Below are positions 1 through 11,330 of a DNA stretch of 36,440 bases, one piece after another. The translations under genes and the position numbers were made by a program. Position 1 is the stretch's first letter. Every line of letters begins with the position of its first letter. The notes under the pieces were generated by a model that saw only the letters and a list, made by a program, of their open reading frames with translations, made no database searches and had not been told where the DNA came from. Source of the DNA: Octopus bimaculoides (taxonomy: Eukaryota); the NCBI RefSeq assembly GCF_001194135.2, contig NC_069000.1, forward strand, positions 27,706,373 to 27,742,812. Reading direction: 5' to 3'.

Positions 1-109
1 GTGTGTGTTAAGAAATGGTTGGAATTTCTCTACTTTTATAAAACAAAATTTTACAAAATATATAGTATCTGTTAATAGTCTTAGCAAAAAGCTCACAGGT
101 GAGTTTTTG

Positions 110-140
<31 letters not shown>

Positions 141-649
141 CTCTTAAAAGATAGAGCTCAAAATCAATGCATTGAAGATACTTTATTGCAGCAACAATTA
201 TAATAACAGAAACAACCACAATAAGCCAAACCTATGCACATTTCAATAGGGTATCCCGGATAAATAAACCACATCATAAGATGTCTCGTAAAATATTGTA
301 ACATATTACAACATATTACAAATTGCTGGATACTCCATCTCTTCAGGGTCGCAATCTTTTAAGAGACACACACACACATATATACAGCATTTCTTTAACA
401 AACACACTTTTAGTCTGCAATGTCATTAGAGTTTTAGATTGAATGCCTTGCAGTATTTGTTCCAACTTTTGGCACACTGAGTTTAAATCATATTAAGGCC
501 AACTTTGCCTTTCCTCCTTTTAGAATTGATGAAAAAGTACCAAGTGGTGAACTGTGAGAATGTTAGAGTGGATGAGTTGCAGTATTTGTTCTGGCTCTTT
601 GTGTTCTGAATTCATACCTTGTCATGGCCTACATGTATGGTAAACTTAA

Positions 650-1280
650 ACTGTCAAGGAAAGAGCAAATAGTGCAAGATATACACAAAGAACAATGGTG
701 GAAAAAATATTAGGAAATAAGCTTGTTGGTGATGTATCAGAATTGGAAAGAAAGAGAAAAAGTGACCTTATGAATGATTATAAGTGTGACAGAAGAAAAA
801 ATATGGTATTAAGGACTGAATGTTGTAATTGAAGAACTAAAACAGTGCTTTTGGCAAAGGTTTTCTTCCTGTGGCCTATTCCAAAATGACCGTAAGAAAT
901 TTTATCAAGAAATAAGAGTTATGCTAGAAGCAGAGGAAAGTCATATATTTTGGAGTGAGATATGACATAAAGAAGAACATGTATAATGCTGAGGCTGAGT
1001 GGCTAATAAATTTGAAGGAGTTTGTTTCTTGTCCAACAGCAAGAAATTAAAAGTGAAAAAGAGAATGCACAAAAAATAACGAGGAAGATGAATAGTAAGA
1101 CCCAATGGTGTTCACAGATATTGGATAAAGAAGCTGACAGGATGCCATAAAAGAATAGTAGAACAGCTTAATGAACTAATTGACGGGAACAAAGAGATTC
1201 CTGATTGGATGACTATTGAACAGACAGTACAGTATTTGAAGGATGCTTCAAAAGGAAATGCTGTGGATAATTACAGACCC
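650..1280 (+). mobile_element. Decayed non-LTR retrotransposon fragment, pre-RT/RT N-terminal region, R4/Dong/Rex6-like
   Basis: Interrupted frames read QNDRKKFYQEI, FWSEI, AEAEWL, PNGVHRYWIKKLTGCHKRIVEQLNE and IPDWMTIEQTVQYLKDASKGNAVDNYRP. These resemble motifs ahead of R4-type RT domains. The clade assignment is from memory of the motifs. Confidence 0.65.
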
Positions 1281-1500
1281 AGTGCTCCAGCCACATCATG
1301 AAGGCTCCATTAGAGTCCTCCAAAGTGAAGGTGTCCACAACCCTTGTCACAGCCTCCTTCATCTCTTCAATGTCTGTAAAACAACTGCTTCTGAGGATCT
1401 CCTTCAGCTTGGGGAACAACCAAAAGTCACAGGGAACAAGATCTGGACTGTAGAGAGAGTGAGGGACAATGTCAGAGGGAAGGTTCAGTCAGTGAATGGC
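1281..1500 (-). mobile_element. Mariner (DD34D) transposase C-terminal fragment
   Basis: The minus strand reads PHSLYSPDLVPCDFWLFPKLKEILR...EMKEAVT, containing the mariner YSPDLxPxD signature. Confidence 0.85.
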
Positions 1501-1546
1501 ATGCTTAGTCAAAGGTGACCTGTGATTAAACAACTATGGTACATAC

Positions 1547-1721
1547 CTTTTTCTTGAAATTTTCCTCCAGAAACAAGTTTGAAAGATTTGAAAACAGCTC
1601 CTTCTTGATCTATAGAAGTGGAATGTGGTGGCATTGAACCAGGAGTGATGCCTCCTATGTCAGCATGGTGTCCTCGGCTAGCAACATAGAAGACAGGTTG
1701 GTTTTCATCAGGGTAGAACAC
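1547..1721 (-). CDS. OPLAH: 5-oxoprolinase exon (last in window): [58 protein letters not shown]; the gene continues beyond both window edges
   Basis: Contains the hallmark [22 protein letters not shown]. Acceptor is ttaacttcag and donor is gtatgt. Length is 175 nt (58 codons + 1 nt). Confidence 0.97.
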
Positions 1722-2981
1722 CTGAAGTTAATACAATGGTTGAATTAAGATGTAGTATAGTGTAGGCCTCAGAGAGTGTGGATGTGGCACTGCACTGTTA
1801 GCAGGATACAAGACCTAAGGTTTTGGTTGACTGTATAAAATAGCAGACTATAAACGTTTCTGTCTCAATCAGCTGATGAACAATTATATAAAAAGCTGAT
1901 AATACAAAACTTTTAGGTGCAGTTATATAATCCTATTTACAAGACAAACATATCTAACATAATACATTTCTAACAAATGGTTGTTATTGAGTACTTCTAT
2001 GTTTTTCAATCATAAAATAAATTATGATAATATATGTTTGTTCAAAACTGATGATATATTCTGTCACTACACAGTTTCTCACTTGATGTGATCTTTCAGA
2101 AGACATTCCATAAAAGATCACCAGCTCTGAACAAATAAAACTCTTTAACATGTATATTCAGTACTTTTTCTCTTGTTTGTTAAGCCAAAAATGCATGCAG
2201 AGGATTGGGCAGATAAATTGAGACTACTTTCAAAATATATCTCTTAATAAATATCATGAATTAAGAGCTAATATTTTACATGAAACTATATAAACTTTAC
2301 ATTTTGTTACAGATTGTGAGAGATTGTACAAACATTAGGGAATCAATACAGTGAAACATCATTGATGAAATGAGATGTGCCAGACACAGTCCTCATTACA
2401 TCATTGGTGGTACAGTATACCATACTCTGATTAAAGTTAAGGCTATAGGAGAGGTTCTCTTTTTTCTCACAGCACCTGCAATAATTGCAGGTATATTTTC
2501 ACCTTTTAGGCTGGTTTAAAATGATTTATTGCATCAAATCCACTCACTAGCATGACTGAAACTGGACCCCACCCCTTAAAAAAGGGAAAAAAGTGGTGTT
2601 AGGAGGACAATAGCTAGGGTCATTAAGAATGACTTAAGTATAAATTCATATGGTCACAAGCATCAAAGCATTCCAACAACCCATTTTAAAGTGATCATGG
2701 CCCTAATGCATCTCAATTAACTAAAGCTCATGGGAGAGAAAGTGAGAGTCTTTGGCAACCAAAAGAATTTCATAGTTTATCAATTATCACAAACTCAGGG
2801 TTATTGAATTTGATCCTTCTGATGATTCTATCCTTACATTTATCTAAGTAACATGCTTTGAAACTTTTTAACATAAACAGTCTCAATTTCATTGTCTGAC
2901 TATAAGTGTTTGCATGGATTTGTTTGGGTAAACTCTTCCAGGCAAGCCTCAACATAGCATCCAATGATTGAAACATGTATG

Positions 2982-2987
<6 letters not shown>

Positions 2988-3039
<52 letters not shown>
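2988..3039. repeat. (TA)n microsatellite; similar tracts at about 111-136, 25399-25441, 28791-28817 and 35157-35196
   Basis: Seen directly in the sequence. Confidence 0.95.
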
Positions 3040-3043
<4 letters not shown>

Positions 3044-3274
3044 CACACACATACATACATATGAGTTATTAGCGAGGGATTATCAATCCAGGCAAAATAC
3101 TTCATAAGCTCTCTTTTGGCACACCAGGCTAACAATATTGTTTATATTAGTTAAGAACTCTAAATATTCTTATGGCAGGGTCTGAGGATATAGCTCATCA
3201 CCATTCTATAATGTAAATCTGTGGTTGTGCTCCAGTCAAACTGGTTTTTACACAGAGTGATATACAAGACAAGA

Positions 3275-3543
3275 TATAAATAATGGTTATTACATATTTT
3301 TCCTTTATGGGAAAAAATTTGGCTTACAGCTGTTTCCAGTAGTCATTATAGGTTCATTACTGATAAGTTAACGCTACTTTTATCAGGCTCTGACAAAAGT
3401 AACATGAATTGTTTAGGTTGTTCAACTTTTCTTAACTGATCAATAGACCAATTGAATAAACCTATCAGTAATGAACCTATAATGATGAATGGAGCCAAAT
3501 TTACTCCAATAATGGAAAAAATATGTAATAACTATTATTTATA
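3275..3543. mobile_element. Foldback/MITE-like element with ~90-100 bp imperfect terminal inverted repeats
   Basis: The left arm (tataaataatggttattacatattttt...ttataggttcattactgataag) is the reverse complement of the right arm (cctatcagtaatgaacctataat...aaaaatatgtaataactattatttata). There is no coding capacity. Confidence 0.75.
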
Positions 3544-3699
3544 CCTTGTCTTAATATACATATATATACACACACACACATATGCATGCACACCTCTTGT
3601 TGGGACCACTAGCACTATTATTATCTCTCTTTCATTCAACCTTTTTTTTTATTATTATTTCCCGCTCTTTCAACCTCTTTTTTTCCAATTATTCACCAT

Positions 3700-4045
3700 G
3701 CTGGACTGCTGAACACTACACATTTTCTCATTCTAAATCTGTTTATTTGCTCTTATTCCTTTCTGTTGAAGAGCATAGGCTCAAAATGTCAAAAACATTT
3801 TCATTTTTTCTGAGCATCAAACTAATACACTTGCTTGTTGTTCATATACCTGTCTTCGTCTTTTGCTTTTCTATAAATTTCAACTATATATATATATTTT
3901 CTCTTCCTGTTGATTTCTGTGTTCCTTTCTGTCAAAGAGCGTAGGCTCGGAATGTAAAAGACTTTCTCACTTCCGGAGCGTTAAACTAAATACGTCTGTT
4001 TGATGTTTACACACCCATCTTTGTCCTTTGTTTTTTTTTTTGTAA
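3700..4045 (+). mobile_element. Two tandem ~166-bp copies of a Penelope-like terminal (pseudo-LTR-type) sequence
   Basis: The duplicated block is cctttctgt..aagagc.taggctc..aatgt.aaa.ac..tttc...gagc..taaacta. It contains a hammerhead-like core, as described for Penelope-like elements. Confidence 0.6.
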
Positions 4046-5099
4046 ATTCTCACTACACACACACAGATATATAAAAGAAAATAGAAGGAAACAAATTTCC
4101 TATACAGAATAATAAGTTAGCACTCAGTAAATAGAGCTAAAAGAATATAGAGTAATGTAACTTTTGAGATATTAACAACCAAAAAACAGATTATTTTTCT
4201 CAATATATTTTTCGAAAGACGCAATTCATCATATAAAAATATATAATATATAAATACAAAAAATATATATAAAATATTTGTAAACATATATTCGAATGAC
4301 ATTGCCTGAAGTTATAAATCTGTTCTAAAAGATAAAAAATTTGAAGGTTAAATATATACAATCAATGCATTTCAAAATTCAAAACATTAAAAAGATGTAT
4401 GGGTAGCTAAAAAAAGCAAAAAGTCCAGAGATCAAATTCATACATATCCTACGGCTGTTTTGGGAAAGGTATTTCAGAACTATTTGTACCCATCTCAAAT
4501 ATATACATTTCCTTCATCAGGGATTATTTGAAAAGTTCAAAGAATTATTTAAGAGATTTTAAATGACTTCATACTTGGACCAGGTATCCTATGTTGTGAT
4601 AAAAATTTGTTCAGATAACTAAAATAAAATTCTAAAATGAAGGTTAAATATATAACAAATCTTACAGAAAAACAATGCTTTTACAGCTATTCCAAAACAT
4701 ATTGGGGATGAAAGGTTGGAATTTAGATTTCAATTATTAACATGAGCTGGCTATATGTTAATGATAAAAAGATTTTAAAGTTGAAAAATACCTATGTTTA
4801 CAGAATATTAAAGCATTTGAAATCTTATTTAATGATATTTTTCTACTCGTATGAAGTATATTAATGAAATCTTTAGTGCATAATCTGCACATTCTAGTGT
4901 GTGTGTTATATGGGGGTAGTTTAAAGTGGTATCTAATCTTTCAGCTAATGAAAAAATTTTCAATAATCACGCATCATTATTATAACATAGCACTCAAGAA
5001 TAGTGGTTTCCATGAGAAAATTTATTTTATAAGAAATACAATATTTAAAAGTAAACTAGGTAAAACTCTTTCCAGGCTCAACTAAATTAAATATTGACA

Positions 5100-5810
5100 T
5101 CTCAACAGTAAATGGGCCTGTTGAACAACAGATTCCTCATATACATAGGAGATATTATCAACCTTTTAGTTATAACTTTACAATAAATTCAGTAAGAAAT
5201 AAGCAGGTCAGGAATAACCCCACTAAAAAATGGGAAATAACTTGGCTAACCCCACCTTTTTCCCTTCCAGTTAAGAATCTTCCAGAATTATTCTTTAAGA
5301 TCATTGAAAAAAACTTTCCTCTGGATCATAACTTTAACAAATCTACTTTAAAATTGTCATATTCAACATCACCTAATTTAGGCTTCATCAGAGCTGCTAA
5401 TAATAAATTTAAACTTAAAAAGAATACTCGGGGTAAGGGAATCCATGGAATGTAATCAGGAGGGTAGTAATCTGAATTCCATAAAAAAAACTTGTAATTG
5501 CTGATCCCCAGAATTCTACCTGTTAAAAGGGTCCTGTTTGAGAAAAACATAGTTTACAGGCATGAAGTAAGTACCTCAAAAGAACCCAAGAAAATATATA
5601 TGGAAATCACAATAGACTTTAAAAATAGATATAGGGGGCATAAAAATTCATTTACAAACCCAAGCAAGAAAAATTTGACAGCACTAGCCAGACACATAGA
5701 TAATTTAAAAGCACAAAACAAACCATTTAAACTAGATTGGTCAATAATTACTCAAACCACCTTATATAACACACACACTAGAATGTGTAAATTATGCACT
5801 AAAGAATCCA
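5100..5810 (+). mobile_element. Penelope-like element fragment (linker plus GIY-YIG endonuclease), pseudogenised
   Basis: Reads PPFSLPVKNL..FFKIIEKNFP, FNKSTLKLSYS, NIVY..EV...KIYM.IT.DFKNRYRGHKNSF..PSKKNLTALARHI..LK...WSII..and CKLCTKE, which is the typical PLE GIY-YIG C-terminus. Confidence 0.85.
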
Positions 5811-5863
5811 GAGAGAGAGAGTGTGTGTGTGGGGGGAAGCAGGTGTGAATGATGATGGCTTAC

Positions 5864-5965
5864 CGGAGTGATAACTGTTAGATCTGGCAAATGACTGCCA
5901 CCTGCCTGAGGGTGGTTGCTAAGGAGCACATCTCCTGGATGAAGATTATCTTTGAAAGCCTTCAT
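5864..5965 (-). CDS. OPLAH: 5-oxoprolinase exon: [34 protein letters not shown]
   Basis: Translated by hand. Matches OPLAH [27 protein letters not shown]. Acceptor is cttttatag and donor is gtaagc. Length is 102 nt. Confidence 0.96.
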
Positions 5966-6526
5966 CTATAAAAGATATTAAAAAACTTGTTATAGTTACT
6001 GTAGGTATACATATTTAGTGATTTTATTACTTACTGTTACTGATAGATGAGTCTCACATTTTTGCAGTCCAGGATGGCTCTTCAAATTGAACAGGTGTTC
6101 TCAATAGTTGACAGCTACTGTCATCTATCAGTAGTTTGGAAAACTACTTGGTTAACATATGCAAATAAGGTGAGATTAAGGGAGTGCTTAGAGAGAGAGT
6201 GGAATCATGCAGATGAAAGTGAGAGTGCTCATGAGAGAACATGCTAGAGAGAAAGAGCAAGGGGGAGAGAAAGAGAGTGGAGGAGAAAAAGAGTGAGGAA
6301 GAGAGAAAAAGTGAGGGAGAGAGAAAGAGAGAGGCGAAGAGAAAGAGAGAGAAGTACATGTGAGTGGGCATATTAGCGTTAAAAATGAAAGTGAATGATA
6401 AAGTAAGGACAATTTTTTTAATGCAAATTTCCAAACTTGTGAAAAGCAGTCCTGATCACAGAATCATGGAGGTAAAATATCATTAAACATGTTCAAAGGT
6501 GTATTGTAAAGAATTGTGTTGCTTAC

Positions 6527-6637
6527 TTGATATTGGACTGTTTCTTGCATGGCTCCTAAGTGAACTGGAATGTGTGGGGCATTAGAAACCAACCCCCCAT
6601 CAGGACCAAACAAAGCACAAGAGAAATCCAAGCGCTC
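6527..6637 (-). CDS. OPLAH: 5-oxoprolinase exon: [37 protein letters not shown]
   Basis: Near-invariant OPLAH motif inside ORF 6464..6652. Acceptor is tttctgcttcag and donor is gtaagc. Length is 111 nt. Confidence 0.97.
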
Positions 6638-7492
6638 CTGAAGCAGAAACATTTATGCACACATAAAACTGTCTGTGAATAGCACAATGTAAAATAACAA
6701 TTAAATATGTATATAGCATGAAAATATTTTTTACTGTCACTGCAAACAAATTTTGGGGCTATAAATTGTGAGGTCAGCTGGATTGAATGTGTTGCATAGT
6801 CATTGCATCACCAAAGAAACCTAACACATTATAGATATTGGAAAATTACGGTACTGTCATGAAAGGTCTTCAAGAAAAAACATGGCCTTGATTTCTGAAT
6901 TTCAACTTTAAAATTAGAATTCAAACCAATCTTTTCTAGGCCCACAAGGGTATTTAGGGCCAGATTGTAAATGCCTTCCCATATGTGGTGGGCTCTTAAA
7001 AGCCAGTGCTTCTTTTCATTTTCATGATATTAAGCAGATGAAGCACATCACATCTCTCAAATATAATGAAGGCTAGCTAAAATTGTACTTGTTTAACCTA
7101 AGGTCAGTTCCGAGGGAGCAGAAAATATTCTAGCAGTGACCATTCCATTTTTGCCTAGAGTAAAATTCTCCAATGTGTCCATTTTTTAAGATGGTATGGT
7201 GTGATTTAAGGAAGGCATAGTTATTTCTTGCAGGTAGAGCAACTACATAGAGGCTCCAATATTAGCCAGATGACTTAATATTCATTCTTGACAACTAGGT
7301 TAACTGAGGTAGTGTAGGTTACAAATCTAAGATTTTAATTTGATTTAATTTAACTTTAAAATTATTCTACCTCTTGTATCATATTCCTTTAATATTCTCT
7401 CAGAGAGAAGAGAACTTTCAATACATATAAATGGCTGGTACATACTGATACTCTAAAACAATCAAAAGTATTTTAAAATAAATGATAGAGAC

Positions 7493-7529
7493 CTTGATAT
7501 TAGTGGAAATTGCTGTTCGTTGTAAAACT
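7493..7529 (-). CDS. OPLAH: 5-oxoprolinase microexon: (R)VLQRTAISTNIK
   Basis: Translated by hand. Matches OPLAH ILQRTAISTNIK. Acceptor is tcctcttacag and donor is gtctct (weak). Length is 37 nt, in phase. Confidence 0.93.
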
Positions 7530-8057
7530 CTGTAAGAGGAAAGAAAACATAATTTTTAATGAGATAAGCAGTACAAAGTAATCATTAATAATTTTTTACA
7601 TAGCAGAAGGCCTTAAATATACAAAGGAAGTGAGAAATGATATAGTCAATTGATTCAACCACTGTACATACATGATTAAGACATATTTATTGACCTTGAA
7701 TGGAAGAAAATCAGAGTTGGTAAGAAAGTAGAGGGCTGCAGCTAAAATACAGCATAACATTTTGACTAGTGATCTCCTGTTTGATACAATAATTTCTTAT
7801 CAAATTACACATTTTGCAGAAAGGAGGACAGATGTACTTGGTTAAAACAAGACTAGTATATTTCTGTTGCTTATCGAATCAATCCAGAAAGGATGAAACT
7901 GAACAATGATACATACAATCCTGCTGTCTAAAATCTTGGCCACATCTAACACCTTATACCATGCATAATATCCACAACTGGTCTGTTGATTAGGAATTGA
8001 TTAGAAAATCATAGTAGTTTATGAGGTAATTACTATTATTTGTAATGTAAATCCTAT

Positions 8058-8401
8058 TAAACGTTTCCCAATCACATGGTTGCAGGTTCAGTCCCACAGC
8101 ATAGCACCTTGAACAAATGTCCTCTACTAAAGCCTTGGGCCAACCAAAGCCCTGTGAGTGGATTTGGTAGATGGAAAGTGAAAGAAACCTGTCGTGTGTG
8201 AATATGTGCATGTGCGTGCCTGCGTGTGTGTCTGTCTTAGCTCCTCTCCACTGCTAGACAACTGGTATTAGTGTAGACCAATAAGATAAGTACAAAGTTT
8301 AAAAAAAATAAGTACTAGAGTTGATTCATTTGACTAAATTTCTCGAAGGCAGTGCCCCAGCATGGCCACAGTCTAATAACGGAAACAAGTAAAAGATAAA
8401 A
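8058..8401 (+). mobile_element. tRNA-derived cephalopod SINE (bipartite, with central CA/TG microsatellite)
   Basis: Has a B-box-like ggttcagtccc, the body gcaccttgaacaaatg...gtgagtggatttggtagatggaa and the 3' module gtgccccagcatggccacagtc..gaaacaagtaaaaga. The same family recurs at about 12243, 23250 and 35230. Confidence 0.75.
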
Positions 8402-8518
8402 TATATACTGGTTTTATTTTTAAAGCTAATGATTATTTTGTGTCTGAGTGTATGTATGTATGTATGTATATATTCTTTTATTTGTTTCAGTCATTTGACT
8501 GCGGCCTATATATATATA

Positions 8519-9697
8519 TCAGGTTGGAAAGAATGTCCTATTGCACTTTTGACACGGTCACTTTGAGAGTACTTTTTAAATATTTGCAATAAAATAAGCA
8601 TTAATTCTTACATTCTAGTATGTGTTTTCTTTCTTTGCAGACTACTTTAGACAATAATGGTTAAATTCATATTGATTTTACCCTTTTAAAATTAAACCCA
8701 TATCAGACACTGCATTCTGTATGAATTCAAAAAAAGCTTTTAAGCAATGGAAGTGGCAAGAAACATTCGTTCTATGGAAATTAAACTTTAAATGTCCAGA
8801 TATGTCAACAATGGTTTGGCTAGTTTTGCTTGGGAAATTTTTCTCTCATAAATTCTTGATCTAGAAACTTCTGTAAATATTGAATTTCTGAAAACCATAT
8901 TTGAGGAAATATTCAAAACAAACTGCACAAGAATTAGCAAAACAGTTCAACTCAAGATGCATGTCAATCATAAAATACCTTCATTAACTAGGAAAAGTGT
9001 TTAAACTTGGTCAGTGGGTCCCTCTTCATCTGACTACTTCTCAGCTTAATCAAAGAATTGCTTTCTACTCATTGAAGAGAAAACTTGCTACTGAACCTTC
9101 CCTGGGTAGAATAATCAAAATTGAGGAAAAGTGGGTTGTCTATAATCATATCCAACAAAAAGGATAATAGTTAGCACCCAATGGAAAAGGAGAATCCATC
9201 ACCAAACCAGGACTACATTTGAAAAAGTTATACTTTCTATTATATCAAAAGATATAAAAATATATAAAAGTTAATACAGAGAAGTATTGCATAAAAATTT
9301 CCAGAAAAAGCACCCATCATCAGTCAGTTGTAAAGGGTTGTTGCTCTTACATAATAATGCAAGACCATATATTGCCCAAGTCACCCAAAAAAAGATTATG
9401 ACACTAAATAAGTTTTGCCTTATCCTCTTGATCTTGCTCCATCTGATAATTATCTTCTCAGACCATTATGCTATAATTCAGAGGTAAAACAATTTATTAA
9501 TTGCAAAGTTAAAAATGGTATTGAATGTTCTTTACTTGGCAACCTGAAGAATTTTATGCCCAGGAGATCAACAATTTTCCCAGTAGATGTTATCAAGAAT
9601 GAGAGGAAATATCTTGATTAACTATATCAATTAAGACCAAAGAAATATCTGTTTCTTTCCAATCTTGAAATGTGACAGGAGTTTCTTTATAGCCTAA
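8519..9697 (+). mobile_element. Near-full-length decayed mariner element (~1.18 kb)
   Basis: TA-flanked degenerate TIRs (tcaggttggaaagaatgtcct on the left; reverse complement ttaggctataaagaaactcct on the right). Transposase remnants are HCILYEFKK, RII.IEEKWVVYN (DEKW), KPGLHLKKV, LLLHNNARP (HDNARP) and YPLDLAPSD (YSPDLAPSD). Multiple stops and frameshifts. Confidence 0.88.
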
Positions 9698-10019
9698 TAT
9701 ATATAAAGTGGTAAAATTGAAGTCTCTTAAGTGTTCTGTATAAAATGTTTTGCAGTATGCACTCTGGGCTCAAACATTGCCAAGGTCAACTTTGCCTTTT
9801 ATTGTTCCAGAATTGATGAATTTTGTATAAATCAAATATTGGTATCAATTTTTCATTCTCTTTCAGTTGGCTATGTTGCACTAGAAGTGCTATGGGAAAC
9901 TACTCACAGTAAATCCTTTTGTCCAGAAATAAAGATGGATTAGCAAAGGGCTAACAACTTCTCATAGAAAAACTGATATATTCTACTGGAATCATCAATG
10001 GTAGGATCAATGTGCAATA

Positions 10020-10310
10020 CGTGGATAGAGATATGGTCAAGTGGTTAAGAGGTTCATTTGCAATCATAAGGTCTTAGGTTCAATCCCATTTTGTGGCATC
10101 TTAAGTAAGTGACTTGTACCATAGTCTTGGGTTGACCCAAGTTTGTGAGTTGAAATTGTGGAAGACTATAGAATGGATTCTACCTTATGTTGATTCTGTT
10201 TCAGGATTACATTAAGAGTACAAGAGTCTAAGGAATACTCAGCCACTTACATTTATAACTCAATGAGCAGATAGGTCAGGTGACTGAACAACTGGAAAAA
10301 TCAACCTCAA
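10020..10310 (+). mobile_element. tRNA-derived SINE, degenerate
   Basis: A-box-like tggtcaagtgg and B-box-like ggttcaatccc. The distal part resembles, in reverse complement, the SINE at 33575-33893. Confidence 0.55.
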
Positions 10311-10334
10311 AACTGACAGAGACCTCTCTCACTA

Positions 10335-10470
10335 CAAAGAGTTATAAGAATATTCTCTATAAAACATTTCTCAACTACAACCATACACAGTTATAACAAT
10401 ACTTTCTATAAAACATTTCTCAGTCAACACACATAGTTATAATAATAGTACCCTTCTTAAACATTTTGAT
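10335..10470 (+). repeat. Three degenerate tandem units of ~46-49 bp (agttataa.aata.t.tctataaaacatttctca)
   Basis: The gttataa anchor occurs at 10341, 10390 and 10436. Confidence 0.75.
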
Positions 10471-10479
10471 TATTAAGAA

Positions 10480-11330
10480 TGACATGAAATAGAAACTGAC
10501 AACTACTACAAAACAACAGACTCTAAATAGTACCTACTATTTTCTTCATGCCATGCAAAACATACCAAATCCAATATTTCATTTAACCTAGCTAGAAGAA
10601 TCAGAACAATTGTCTCCAATACAGATATTCAGAATAAAAGACTTCTTGAATTAAAACAAGCACTGAAAGAAAATACCTGTCTACTCTAATAGAGAATGGA
10701 ATAAAACACACCAAAGCAATAGATATTGACGAATTAAGAAAAGCCAAAAACAGTTCAGATACATCCACAATTCTATCTTTAATTACAATACATAACCATA
10801 GAAACATTCAGTTATCCATCAGAATATACCATTACTGAGCCAAGACCTAAGAATGAAAAAGGTACTTGAATCATACAAAATAATCAAATGCAAAAGACAA
10901 CCAAAGTCTCTAAAAAAACTACTTACCAATGTGAAACAACCAACTACAGACCCAACTCACACAGTTAAAAAGTGTAGCCAATCCAATTATGGAAATTGTG
11001 AGAACCTTACTGGAGATACAAATTTTAAGCAGGACATGCATTTACTGGGGGAAACCATTGTACTTGTTCTTCAAAAAATTTAATTTATGCCATCAAATGC
11101 TATGGATGTAGGGAAGACTACATTGGACAACTTAAACTCACTTTAAGAATGAGATTAAATATTCATTGTCAACAAATACATTATCCCAAAACATGACAAA
11201 TTCTACTTTTTGCACATATGTGCAGATATTCACTAACATAATCTCTTCTTGTCTTTTCACTATCAATAAGCAGATAATACTCTAGACCAAGCAAGAATTA
11301 ATAAGAAAAGTTTGTTTATTAAAAAATACA
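10480..11330 (+). mobile_element. Penelope-like element fragment (post-RT region and start of GIY-YIG), pseudogenised
   Basis: Reads ARRIRTIVSNTDIQNKRLLELKQAL, LIENGIKHTKAIDIDELRK, FITIHN and IIKCKRQPKSLKKLLT..VKKC. These are PLE thumb/linker motifs distinct from the 5100 copy. Confidence 0.75.

Noticed and set aside
1243-1518. 91-aa plus-strand ORF
   Set aside because: It is mostly the antisense frame of the mariner fragment.
1-1546. Next OPLAH exon (expected ..SGTRNL.DN.SDL.AQ) and, at the other end (34570-36440), the preceding exon
   Set aside because: I found no matching translation with splice sites. Both are presumed to lie outside the window.
4100-5090. AT-rich tract with a 17-bp direct repeat (tgaaggttaaatatata at 4342 and 4638), possibly an old retroelement
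   Set aside because: I could not recover a diagnostic protein motif, so it is left unannotated.
5498-5848. 116-aa ORF as a standalone nuclease gene
   Set aside because: It is a decayed Penelope GIY-YIG fragment with a corrupted YIG motif and a frameshifted upstream region.
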